Assembly: GCA_002633005.1 (NCBI GenBank)
Contig: NMRA01000381.1
Coordinates: 183,057-247,056, forward strand
Direction of reading: 5' to 3'
Length of the DNA stretch: 64,000 bases
Source of the DNA: Phoronis australis
Taxonomy: Eukaryota > Animalia > Phoronida
In this document: positions 49,201 through 61,677 of the stretch, piece by piece
Numbering within the stretch: the stretch's first letter is position 1
Layout: the number at the start of each line of letters is the position of its first letter
The notes under the pieces: model-generated
The model's input: only the letters and a program-made list of their open reading frames with translations
What the model was told of the DNA's origin: nothing
Databases searched by the model: none
Program-made: the position numbers and the translations under genes

Positions 49201-52200
49201 AGGCGGAGACTCCTCAACATCTGATGGAGATTTGCCCTGCCTACAACAGACACCGTAATCTACTACTTGATGGACACATAACCTGCCTGGTTAACATTGT
49301 TAGTTCATACAGGTTTAATAGTCTTTCTGTCTTTCTGAAACAAACAGGCAGATTAGAAGATTTTACCCATGAGGAATCCTGTGATCTCATGTCCCCATGA
49401 GTCATAATCAGGTGATTAGTGTAATAGGCCCGGCCTTGTGGACTAAATACGCCTGATGTACTGCAAAAGGCATCAGGCCACCTGCAACCTTTTTGCATGT
49501 CAGTGTTCTCAGAGTGCACACACCAAAATTCCATGCAAATAACGTGTATTGAAAGTCTATATAGTCTATGTGAAACTTTATAGCCTATGAAAACGCATCA
49601 TTTGTACAATAACAGGATGGTAGGAACTCTGATGTCTTGATGCAGATTTGCATTCACCTGCTGATTTGCATTTTTGGATTACAGGTATTTAAAAAAATGA
49701 TTGTGTTCTAGTGGTAAAGTTGAGACTTGCGAAATAAGAGACAACTTCAAGAAAAAAATTTTAAACAAAATTTGAAATGGCATTCCCATGGTAACGGTCA
49801 ATATTGCTTTTCTACCCGTGCCCGTGTTAATTTGATAACATAAAAGCAATGTTACTTCCTGATAACAATTGGTGAGAAATTGCTGGCTCTCAAAATCAAA
49901 TATGTTTTAAATGAATGAGCAAGAATAGAAACTAATGTGTACATTACCGATTTTCTGAGCATTGCGGTGTTCAGCTTTTGGTTACATGGAATCTTTTGTT
50001 TTCAGGATTTGTGAGATTTCTAGAAGGTTACTACATCATTCTCATCACAAAGAGAAGAAGAGTGGCTATCATTGGTGCTCACACTATATACAAAGTGGAA
50101 GACACTAGCATGTTGTACATACCTAATACCAGTAGTCGTAGGAGTCATCCAGATGAGGCCAGATATGTTAAATGTTTCCAAAACATGGACTTGTCCAGTA
50201 ATTTCTACTTTAGGTTAGTGGTGTATTTAGTCCAGTGGTTTTACAAGTGCAGGAGTGCATGTAGATGTATTTGATCTAAAAGTGACGCCTCTCTAGGTGG
50301 CGCTACACACTGGTAGTAGATAGCTGAACAGGGGTTGTTGTCAGTTTTAGGACGTCTTAAAATGTGACTTGCAAAGTATTCAGTGGTTGCGAGTCCAGTG
50401 AATACAGTCTATTTAGATGATGCCAACAAATGAAATTGTATCGTATATTACCTGTCTGAAGATTGGTTGTTTGTTTTTAGTAAAATAGTTTTATTTACGC
50501 AGTGTTGTTACGATGCCGACTCTGTAGAAATAAAACAACAGCGAATCCTACAATGTGAGTGAGAGCCCTTTAGATGGGTTTGCATGATGTGTGGATGATC
50601 AGAAGGTTGGACTAGGAGTGGGAAGATGAAGACTCGTGGCCTGTAATCAGATGAATGCATTAAACTGATATGTTATCAAATAACACCGTTTCATAGCCCA
50701 CCATTACACACTGACTTCATTGATGTTCTCTTGTAATTTGTTAGGTGACAATGTGACTAATTTCCTAGGTGTTTTAGAATTTGATGATTATTTCTTAGAG
50801 CCGATTTGACACCAATGAGTGAGCAAGCAGTAGTAATGCCACTTAACATTCCAACTGAAGTTATTTATGTGTTAAATATTTTGAGCTGCTTATGCCATCA
50901 AAATATCGATTCATTTTTTTCCTCCAAAATGCAAGTTTTTGTGTTTTTCCAGCTATAGCTATGATCTAACGCACACGCTGCAATACAACTTGGCTCCTAG
51001 TAAAAGTCTGGATACACCCAGCACAGAACACTTGGAAAAAGACAATCAAGGTAGTCATCCCTGGGCTTATGCCTATTCATCTGCTGGTCACAACAGCGCC
51101 AGTGAGTCAGAAGTGGAAGATGCTTCAAATGTTGTCGCTGATATTCGAGAGTTTGTGCTCAGTATTAATGAAGACAGTAGTGTTGGAATCCTAAGGACTG
51201 ATACAGAAGAGAGGGAGAAGACAGTTCACACTGTCAAATGTCGACCGTGCTATAAGTTTGGCTGGAATGAGTACTTGTTAAAGCCTTTTGAGGATATTCT
51301 ACACACAGATTGGATTCTTTACATCATTCATGGATTTATTGGACAATCAAGTATCCTTGGTTTTTTAATTTTTGTCATGTCATTCTGTATTATTGTTATT
51401 TATTTATTCTTTAATGATTACGACTGTTGGGTAAGCTAATTCTCAACCTTTGTGAAGTCCTTTTGCATTTCATCAAAAATCTTTTTAAATGTCCATTTTA
51501 AACCTATATTTGATTGAAAAATCTTAATTGCAATGTCACATAATTGTTTATGATCATGTACCTGTCATTTTTTATGAAACTTATTCTTGTTTGCTTTAAC
51601 CATGAATCTATAAAAACTTATGTTATTCTTACAGGCAATACATGGCAAACTGTGTCAATCAAGTATCAGCTGTCAAAGTAACACAGCGTCCTAAGACTTC
51701 ATATTTGACATTTAAAAATAACAACCTGAGACCCGGTTAACCTGAATCGACCCATACACTATTAAGAAATTGATGTTCAAACCACATTGAAAATCAAATA
51801 ATTGAAATCAATTTGTGAATCTTTGATTATTATTCAAACAAATACTTTTTTTTCTACAAGATTGCATAGATTGTCTAATGATGGATTTTTCAAATATTGA
51901 AACATTTCCCTGTGGCTCATATGTAAATTTATGAAGTTTTTACAACATATAATTGTACAAAGTGTCCCACAATTTCCAATCATGACGGATGTATGCAAGC
52001 AGATTTACTCTTTATGATGGCTGAGTGCAAGTGTAATTCACCATCAAAGTATCACCATCAACGTGCCGTCTTATGACGGGAGAAGTGGCATGCATTGTAT
52101 ATACATAGAAACTCTCCTTAACATTACAAAGATATCAGCGTATATGGGCGACCAATATTCCTCACTCTCATCGCCAGACGGTCCAACCAATTTGCAGGAA

Positions 52201-55200
52201 CCAGATTCCTCAAAAGAGGGATTAATTCTAAGGTAAGTAGTTACTTGGTATTTTGAATTCAGTAACAATGAGATATTTCTCTTTGTTGTTTGGAATAAAA
52301 ATTCGTAAATATAGTTGCTTTGTTTTAAACAGCCGATAATCAAATGTCATGCATTTTGAACATAAATAATTGCCCAAAATTTCTCTTTTTATTTTAAAGG
52401 TCTTCTTGCCCTGTTGTGAAAGTTGAATTTGTGTGTCCCAAATTTTGGAGACTGTCCCAACCTGAAGAACTTTTACCGTATGTCCTATATTGGTGAGATT
52501 TTACCATAATCAATACAAGATCTCCATTTTAAAGACGTTGGAAGGTTCTTATACTAAACGAAAAAATGCATAATGATGGTGCTATAGCTGAAGTACATAA
52601 ACTTGAATTTCAGGGCTTCGTTGCCAATGAAGTTGAAACTGAGCAGATTGTGCACGATGCGTCAGTGTTATCGCTTCACAGTGGTCTCTATACATCCTAT
52701 GTGCAAGTCAGGGGATCAGTTCCATCATTTTGGTCACAGGAAACTAGTAAAATGGCCCCAGTTGTGCCAAAGCCTCAGATCGCACGTAAGATGTTTACTG
52801 TATGCTACAGTACATATCAAAAGTATTCAGACAAAATGACCCAGAATTCCCTGTCATTATGGCTGGGTAAAAGTCAAATTTATCTCGAGAGTGCTTTTTG
52901 CTCGTGACCCAGATTGAAGGGGAATTAACAGTAATTAGTAAGGCGGCCATTTTGTAATTATAACTTTCTCCCAATAATAGTTATTACCAATTATTTTGCT
53001 CTTTACCGAATTGGCAAAAATGACAAGGAAAACTGTATTTTGTCTGATTACCTTTGTCTTGAACTAAATTTCTCGTTTATTTGTCTTAGATCAGTTTACT
53101 GAACTTAAAAATAAGTTTTTGTAATTTTAGAAGTTTGAGCATGTTTGTTAGTGACTACAATTAATTTTACAATTAATTAATTAAGTTCTTTCTAATTGTG
53201 GTTCAGTTTTGCTTTATTGGTGTGATAATACAATTTCTTTGGATTACTCAGGTTGTATATTGATAACAATCTTGTTTCTAATAACTAAATATTGCTAATT
53301 TTACAATTAAATTGATTTTTTCAGTAATTCTGTGTCGATAACTAGTATTGCCTGTTTGGCTGAATTCAGCTGACTTGGTTGTGAGTCATTGCCTGTGTGT
53401 GTATTCTGAGCCATGTACTAATTTTTACTTTCTATTTCATATTCCAGTAGACCAAGGGGATCCATATGCACACATCTCTGGCATGCATTTTAACCAAATT
53501 CTCCATCGATATGGTGCTCCAATCATTATACTCAACTTAGTTAAGGTATATGCTATTTTTGTAATTACTAGATTCTTGAAAACAACAAATGAGTTTCATT
53601 AACTGTGATGATGTCTTATGTGGTCTGTGTAAAGGCTAACTTTCTTACCATATTCATATCCATGCCCACATTTTTGAAGTATTGAAATACAGTCAAAATA
53701 TTTGAAAATATTGGTATGGTGTCAATGATTCTTAATTTAACTATGTTCATGGTGCTGCACCTCAAATTATTTGTGCTTCAAGTGTTTAAAATTGAACTTA
53801 AAAACTGAGAAGCAAATCAGCCCTGGTGAATGTAGTGGTACCATGATATGGTTACTGAGGTGGGTGCAAGACAACTGGCAGGCAACACAAAGTAAGATGA
53901 GAATCGGAGATATGCGGAACAGAATAATTTATTATACACCTACTGCAACGTGCAAATCATAAAAGTCATGTCAAGTATTGTGTATTTTATTTTTGCGCTG
54001 CCATAATGGTGATCACTTTTAAACTGTGCATCGCCAGTTGAGTGCCTCACTAAACCAAGCTCTGTGGACTTTTTGAAGATTGACCAGTGCATATTTTACC
54101 TGTAAATAATACATTACATGGCAAATGATGGCATTTCAAACTTTGCCTTAATAAACATGATGCCTTGGTTGAAATTGGTGTGGGCGGTCACTTTTTCTGT
54201 TTTCTTTTAGTCAGCGAGTCCAGGTCTCAAAATGAGTCAGTGTACAAACCAGAACCAACTGTGCTTTATGACTTTATGTAACTTTTAATTACAGAAAAAG
54301 GAACGCAAAAGACATGAAGCCATTTTGCATGATGAGTACCGTGAGATTGTGAAATACCTGAACCAGTTTCTTCCCGAAGAACATTCCATTCTCCACATTG
54401 GCTTTGATATGCACAAAGTTAGCAAAAGGTACTCACAATTGTGGTAATGGCTGTGGTTGGCCTGAGGTGTATGGTAAGGTATCATGCTCCTGGAGGCTGT
54501 TTGTCAAAGTGTACTGTCTTTTGGTTAAAAATCAGTCTATGGATGGCTTGGCCTGTTTCACAAACTCAGGCTGAGACTGAGTCAGAAAATCTGTCTATAA
54601 CTTGAACCCAAAAGACAGAAATTTTAATCTGCTCAGCAGCAGACTGAAAGCTAAAGTCAAAGCACAAAAAATAACTTGGCTTTAGGCTCTTCAAGAAACA
54701 GGTGCCTGCTTATGATTGGCCTCTCATTCACACATGTGTTGTGGTTGGACCCTCATTCACACGTAATATAGCTGTGATTGACTCCTCATTCACATGTAAT
54801 ATTGTGCTGTGGTTGGCCCCTCATACACATGTAATATTGTGCTGGTTTTAATTCAGCTCTGTCTTAAAACTGTAAAGTGTTCAGTCAAGACGGTTTTAAG
54901 GTTTTATAGGAGTATCTTATCAGTATGTTTGTGTGTTCAGCCACATATCTACAAAAGTATTGATTTTAACTCAGTCAGTAAAAGTATTTTCTCTATGTAC
55001 AAACCCTGATATTTATCTTCCAAAACGAATCCGCAAAACACCCGTTGCTGTAAGAATCATTTCATATGCGTTCCTGACAATGTTTTGGGAAATAGTGCAC
55101 AAATGTTTCGCAGTATGAATCCAATCTGGCAGCCATTTTTGAGATATGATGCTCTGAAGTTAGCCAAATTTGGGCATTATTTCTGATTCTGTATAACCTC

Positions 55201-58200
55201 AATACAGCAATTTATCATTTTTAATTTTGCTTCATTAGGCTTGGGACCAAGTGAAATTCATGGACAGCATCTAGTGCTTGATTTGCTGCAGCAAAAATGA
55301 TTCCTATTTGAACTTGATTTAGTTAATCTAATTAGTGCTATGTGGGGCTTCAAACTACTCCAATCCATACTAAAAGTTAGGGTTGCAGTAAAATAAGCTA
55401 TATGATTTGTTCAACGCTTTTAAAGTGTACTAAGTGTTTAAGTGTTGAATTATGCTGTACTTATTTTTACGTTTTGCATTTTATTACACTTTGACTATTA
55501 CGGTGTAATTGATGACTTTTGATTTCAGTAAGACAAGTAATGTTCTGCAAGGTCTGGCTGAGATTGCTGATCTATGCTTAAGAAAAACTGGCTTCTTTCA
55601 CAGTGGTCCTGAATTACACTGCAACCGCATCAGGCCGAATGAAAAGTGAGTGGTAAACACTGGGCACTCTGTTGTAAGTAACAAACTGTTGAATCTCACC
55701 AAGTGAAGGCATGACACAGTAAACAAGTGATGGTTTAATTTTCTCATTTTTTCATAAACCACCTGTAACACTGATGCAATACTTTACATTTTTCAAGTTG
55801 TGTTCTACAGCTACTGCCAGACAATGTTTCAGCAAATTGCGGTCATTGATAGTAGAAAACCTGGTAGGATTTTGCTTTAAATGCCCAGTTTTTGAGTAAC
55901 GAGTAATATTAATAAGTAAAAATTCCTAAAAGTGTATTTGAGACCTAGTGTAAAGTTTTGATTTAAAAACAGTTTTAGTAAAATCGGCTGGTGGGTTACT
56001 TTGCTATGAATGTACCTTTCTTGCACATGAAAATTTGACTTAAAAATATGGTCACGTGACAATAATACACAGTAGTACAAGGCATATTTTAAGAATCTTC
56101 CAAACTATCTCTTTTCAGAAAATACATACTTTTAATGTTTGACAAAGCACAGTTTTTTCGATATTTGAGTAAGAGTTGAGGTCGTTTATTTAATTCCTAG
56201 ACAACCTTAACAATTTACAATTCAACTACCTTAAACTTGTGCTGTTTATATTGTGTTTATGTTAAATAAGTATTAGGACATACAAAAATGTTCGTTTCAT
56301 TTGGTGATTGTTTAATTTTGTTACTTTCTTTCATTAATTTATTTTTAGTGTAATTTATTATTTAAAAATTTTCTTTTTTGCCACTTATCATAGTCAATTT
56401 TTCATTAGATACATGAAGATGTCCAAAACCTATGGTGTGACTGGTTTACAACAAACTGGTGCTGTTAGAACAAACTGTGTCGACTGTCTTGATAGAACCA
56501 ACACTGCTCAGTTTGCTATAGGTAAAGGTGCTTTAGAACTACAGGTAAGCAACTGATTCTTTTTCACGTCATGTTTCGTGCATCCAGTATTTGGTTTTTG
56601 TTAATTCAATTCACTGTTAGTGCCACACACCATTAAGACAAAATGAATTATTTGTGACATCTTCCCAGTAAACAAACGATTTTCGATCGACGTTTGGTAG
56701 CAAGTTTGTCATCTGTTTAAATGTGAAACTGGACTTTTGGATTTCTTGAAAAGCATGCTATTTAAAAAAAACTGGGTGACCAAANTCGATATTTGAGTAA
56801 GAGTTGAAGTCGTTTATTTAATTCCTAGACAACCTTAACAATTTACAATTCAACTACCTTAAAATTGTGCTGTTTATATTGTGTTTATGTTAAATAAGTA
56901 TTAGGACATACAAAAATGTTCGTTTCATTTGGTGATTGTTTAATTTTATTACTTTCTTTCATTAATTGATTTTTAGTGTAATTTATTATTTAAAAATTCC
57001 TTTTCTTTTTTGCCACTTGTCATAGTCAATTTTTCATTAGATACATGAAGATGTCCAAAACCTATGGTGTGACTGGTTTACAACAAACTGGTGCTGTTAG
57101 AACAAACTGTGTCGACTGTCTTGATAGAACCAACACTGCTCAGTTTGCTATAGGTAAAGGTGCTTTAGAACTACAGGTAAGCAACTGATTCTTTTTCACG
57201 TCATGTTTCGTGCATCCAGTATTTGGTTTTTGTTAATTCAATTCACTGTTAGTGCCACACACCATTAAGACAAAATGAATTATTTGTGACATCTTCCCAG
57301 TAAACAAACGATTTTCGATCGACGTTTGGTAGCAAGTTTGTCATCTGTTTAAATGTGAAACTGGACTTTTGGATTTCTTGAAAAGCATGCTATTTAAAAA
57401 AAACTGGGTGACCAAACTTTGTGCTGGGTGACTTGATTTTCTGACTTAATCGCCCAGCTGCCAACTGTGCTTTTGAAACCTGCAGATATGTTACTTTTTA
57501 ATTTTTCTGCAACTCAACCATGCTGTAACAATCTAACTTAAGCTACTGGATTAGCTCGAACTTTAAACAACCTTTGAAACATTGTTTAACAGTGGCAGCA
57601 CAATGCGCGACAGCGTGATGGCATTGTTGTTATCCTGCATATAACTTTTACAACTGGACTCAGTTTTCAAGTTGTATGTTGCCCAGTCCTGATGACAATT
57701 TGCAGGATATATGAGAACATCTTAATACAGATGGGCATCATTTTTATTGTCTTCGAGGCCAAAATCTACGAAATCCAACATCACAAGCATGGTGATTTCA
57801 AATTTGTGATAAATAGCTAGTGCCTTGTCATCAAGGGTCTTTAACTGTTTCAGTTATATGCCCTTGGGGTCATTGGTAAACCGCAGTTGAACTTTGACAC
57901 AGACTGTGTTAGGTGAGTCACTTATGAGGTGTGTCACTTATGAGGTTTGTCACTTATGATGTTACATTAATGGATTGTGGAGACTTATAATGCAGCACTG
58001 TTCTAAAGGTGAGCTAAAATGTTAAGCATAATTATAATTTTTGATGTAAACTATATCTTAAAAAACACTGTTGAGACATCAATGGTTATTTTTGGATGTT
58101 ACATGAATAGAACAGAGGTTATAGTTTGCTCTGTTGCATTTAATTGTTCCAGCTTGAGCTTGACGTTTAGATGTGATTTGTTCATAGCTTAGTATGTTAA

Positions 58201-60781
58201 ACTACTTTATTGCTAAATATGTTCATATATGGTACATGTTGATCATTACTGAACGAACTGAATAGTGTGGTTTTAGAAGCTGGCACATGAAAGCTCCTGT
58301 TATATTCTTGTTTACAATCGCTGCAAAAGTTTTGAGGAGTCTTTTTATTGAGTAATGATGTTTTTTGAAGTGTTGATCTGCATTTCAGGATGCTTGAAGA
58401 TTTATATGAGGACCATGGTGATACACTTGCTCTACAATATGGTGGATCTCAGTTGGTTCATAGGATTCAAGGGTATCGCAAAACAGCTCCGTGGACTTCT
58501 CACTCCAGGGACATCATGATGACCCTTTCTCGTTACTACAGTAATGCCTTTTCAGGTTAGTTTGTACACACTCATTTTGCTGTGCACTGTGTTACAGGTG
58601 TCATACTGTGTAGTAGCGAGTTGTGAAAAAAATCACTAAAGCTTGCTTCAAATTGAAAACTTCATGATTTATAAGAGCATGAAAGTGAGTAACTTACAAG
58701 TAAAGTACATGTCATCTGCTCCCCCTACTGGCAACATCAGTATTTATTTTGTTTTTTTATCAACAAAAACAAACTGAAAGAAAGTTTTGCTTCTACCAAG
58801 GTTTGTACTCTGAAGCTATGAGCATCATTACACTTTAAAGTTGTTACTTTTAAACCCATGGGCCTTCACAGTGGAACAATTTTGCCCGCACTGATTGGGC
58901 AATCCATTTTAAATAAAGAATAACTAAAAGCTCGAGTCAAAAACATCAACACTCACCGTTACAAAATCTCAACTTACTCCGTAATGTCGATTTCTGGTCT
59001 TTTTTGGTGTCAACATCCAATCAGTTCTTTTCAATTCCTGCAACGACTTCTGAACTGTGTAATGAACAAGTTAAGACCAGGGTTACATTCTGTAGATGCA
59101 AGAATTTTGCGAAAATAGATACTGCATGGCAATATCTCGCAAAGTCTTGCTTGAACTTGTGTTTTTTACGGCTATCCTGAATCCATGGAATGCAGTCCAA
59201 ATCTATTGCACGAAGTGACGTTAATTAAAAGTCTTCAGTTTCTTTGACAATATGCATTTTATACCAGCTTTAAGTGTTTGTAGCAGCCTTTGATAAATGA
59301 AAAATTTGTGAAACTAAGAAACTTAACTTTGGCATCTGAATTATCGCTTGGTGAAGTGCAAGAACCATTGTGCAGTTGCCCTGTTTGGAACTTTGTTGTG
59401 ATTTGCAATGATTAGTATCAAACTGTTTATCTTTTAAGGCCTTCTCACTCTAAACTCATTCTCAGAACATCCAATCCCATCCAAACTTTTTGATGAAATG
59501 GGCAGACAGAGTCGGAAACAGTCTACTTTGGTCAAAAAACATACATAAAACACGACATCATACACATGGCTCATACTCACATTAACAATGTGTGATTGGT
59601 TCCTAGTTTCAAGATCATTTTATTAGAACTGCCTTTGTGTGTCACGGTCATTTACATTGCCAAATTAGGGCTTTGAAGTTGATGTAAACCTGTTGCTTTG
59701 TAGATGCTGAAAAACAACAAGCTATCAATGTATTTCTTGGTGTGTTCCAACCAAGTAAACAGAACTTCAACTTGTGGAATCTGTCAACCGATTATTACCT
59801 TCATATTGACTCAGAACCACTTCTGGACAGAAAGAGAAAGTAGGTGACGTGTTACTGAATATACAGATTGAAGTAGGTGATGTGTTACTGAATATACAGA
59901 AGTAGGTGACGTGTTACTGTGTATGTTATGTTGGAATCTGCTGGCAAGTATCTTCAGATTGATTTGATTCTGCTTTTGAACATAATTATCATTAGTCTAT
60001 AGACAGTTCATAAAAAGATCTCATTAATATTCATGAGGAATAAGGATGTGGGGTTAAGCATGGCAAGGCAGTGACTGCAGTGTTTCCATTTTTACAGGTG
60101 ATCTGTCACTGTATTTGATTTAACTTTTGTTTTTATGAACAGTCCATCGAAAAGGAATTCAGTGGCTGCTTGTATGAACATTTGGACAAAAAACCCAAAT
60201 ATAATACGAAAAAGTTCATAATATTATATGGCAGAAGAAATGAGCAACGTATCAGCAAAGACAGCCATAGTCTTGCGAATGCAGTCTTGAGCTCGGGTAT
60301 TTTGTGGTCTCATTTTTAACGGCTAATGGAAACTAATGAAAGTTTTTAATAATGTTGATGACGTATTGGGATGCATATGAACATTTACAAAGAATAATAA
60401 ATGTTGAGTTACGGTACCCGTTCTGTGTTTGTAATTGCCATAGATAAAAGTACTATATTTCCTTCATTACCGTCACACTCCAGAACTGTGATATTCCTAA
60501 ATATATGAAAGAAGCTAATGGCGGAATAGAAATCGTGTAAGTGCCTGGTAATGTTGCTACCCTTATTTGTCCAGGTACTCTCAGTGGTGGGATGTTCCTG
60601 TCGCCCGTTGTCTTCCCTTGCCCTGTGAGACAGAAAGCAAAGGAACAGCGAATGATGGTCACGTTGTTGAGAAATATAGTCACTCGGATGAACGAGTGGA
60701 TGTCTTCTGGGATTATTACAAGCCATTTGAGTTGACGTCGTTTGATGAACTTTATGTCCACCATATGCCTAAGTCTGTCAG
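43287..60781 (+). CDS. FIG4: Polyphosphoinositide phosphatase FIG4 (SAC3); first 15 exons, gene continues to the right
   Basis: Exons 43287-43358, 45415-45513, 45785-45914, 50006-50213, 50953-51350, 52132-52232, 52614-52785, 53448-53545, 54295-54428, 55529-55645, 56409-56544, 57854-57912, 58389-58555, 59704-59839, 60575-60781. Motifs: [80 protein letters not shown], the catalytic [24 protein letters not shown] and [14 protein letters not shown]. Confidence 0.97.
43535..44463. mobile_element. Long palindromic non-autonomous DNA transposon (TAG...CTA ends) interrupted by a younger MITE
   Basis: Arms TGAAGCTCCTAT...GGCGAATTATGC...GGGACACC and GGTGTCCC...GCATAATTCGCC...ATAGGAGCTTCA; ends TAGACAGTGA / TCACTGTCTA. 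Related copies lie at ~4770, ~42680 and ~44480. Confidence 0.7.
43983..44423. mobile_element. 441-bp MITE with 27-bp perfect TIRs and 4-bp TSD
   Basis: TGCTGTACGTGAACTTGGAATCCTGCT at 43983-44009, its exact reverse complement at 44397-44423, and TCTC on both sides. Confidence 0.9.
46455..47476 (+). mobile_element. 5'-truncated non-LTR retrotransposon (RNase H plus CCHC end; I-group/Loa-like), degenerate
   Basis: [25 protein letters not shown] is the RNase H C-terminus; LITGH and C-x2-C...ET-x2-H-x4-CPAY follow, with frameshifts. 3' stem-loop GCCTGATG...CATCAGGC; possible TSD TGCATGTCA at 46446-46454 and 47477-47485. Confidence 0.85.
48798..49863 (+). repeat. Near-identical second copy of 46782-47847 after a gap (probable alternative haplotype)
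   Basis: Same LINE end and flank with a few SNPs and indels, on either side of an N gap. Confidence 0.85.
51351..52131 (+). other. U12-type (minor spliceosome) GT-AG intron in FIG4
   Basis: Donor GTATCCTT at 51351-51358; branch site TCCTTAAC at 52115-52122, 7 nt before the AG at 52130-52131; no polypyrimidine tract. The frame joins HGFIGQS-N-ISVYGRP. Confidence 0.93.
54715..54850. repeat. ~33-35-bp minisatellite (about 4 copies)
   Basis: Unit like GTGGTTGGACCCTCATTCACACGTAATATAGCT. Confidence 0.7.
56786..57415 (+). repeat. Duplicate of 56158-56784 including FIG4 catalytic exon copy 57041-57176 (probable assembly/haplotype duplication)
   Basis: Near-identical direct copy joined at a single N (56785); the exon sequence is identical. 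Confidence 0.85.
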
Positions 60782-60968
60782 GTAGAACATACTAGTCTCA
60801 TCTTCATTATTACAAGCCGTTTGAGTTGACGTCATTTGATGAACTTTATGTCCACCATATGCCTAAGTCTGTCAGGTAGAACATACTAGTCTCATCTTCA
60901 TTTTTCCTGTCGTAATATAAGGCTGGCTGGATGTTTTTAAATGTAAACTTTTTAAAGATTGTTATATC

Positions 60969-61143
60969 CATAGGCGGATTTAGGGGGGGCCCAGGGGGCC
61001 CGGGCCCCCCCCCCTTGGCTGCCGCAAAAAAAAATAAAACAGTAAGAGCGTAGGGAAATGGTGAGTTTATTAATTAACCCCGGTAATTAAAATTATACGG
61101 ATGAAAAAAGATTTAAATGTGTGCAGTTTTAGTGTTGGGGGGG
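60969..61143. mobile_element. Left end of a GC-rich MITE-type insertion, running into a gap
   Basis: Begins CATAGGCGGATTTAGGGGGGGCCCAGGGGGCCCGGGCCCCCCC; absent at the equivalent site (63569) of the duplicate copy. Confidence 0.75.
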
Positions 61144-61677
61144 NNNNNNNNNNNNNNNNNNNNNNNNNNNNNNNNNNNNNNNNNNNNNNNNNNNNNNNNN
61201 NNNNNNNNNNNNNNNNNNNNNNNNNNNNNNNNNNNNNNNNNNNNNNNNNNNNNNNNNNNNNNNNNNNNNNNNNNNNNNNNNNNNNNNNNNNNNNNNNNNN
61301 NNNNNNNNNNNNNNNNNNNNNNNNNNNNNNNNNNNNNNNNNNNNNNNNNNNNNNNNNNNNNNNNNNNNNNNNNNNNNNNNNNNNNNNNNNNNNNNNNNNN
61401 NNNNNNNNNNNNNNNNNNNNNNNNNNNNNNNNNNNNNNNNNNNNNNNNNNNNNNNNNNNNNNNNNNNNNNNNNNNNNNNNNNNNNNNNNNNNNNNNNNNN
61501 NNNNNNNNNNNNNNNNNNNNNNNNNNNNNNNNNNNNNNNNNNNNNNNNNNNNNNNNNNNNNNNNNNNNNNNNNNNNNNNNNNNNNNNNNNNNNNNNNNNN
61601 NNNNNNNNNNNNNNNNNNNNNNNNNNNNNNNNNNNNNNNNNNNNNNNNNNNNNNNNNNNNNNNNNNNNNNNNNNNNN

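Noticed and set aside
57041-57176. Apparent tandem duplication of the FIG4 catalytic (CX5R) exon as mutually exclusive exons
   Set aside because: The exon copies are identical, the introns nearly so, and they are joined at a single N. This is the signature of overlapping haplotype contigs; including both copies would also shift the frame.
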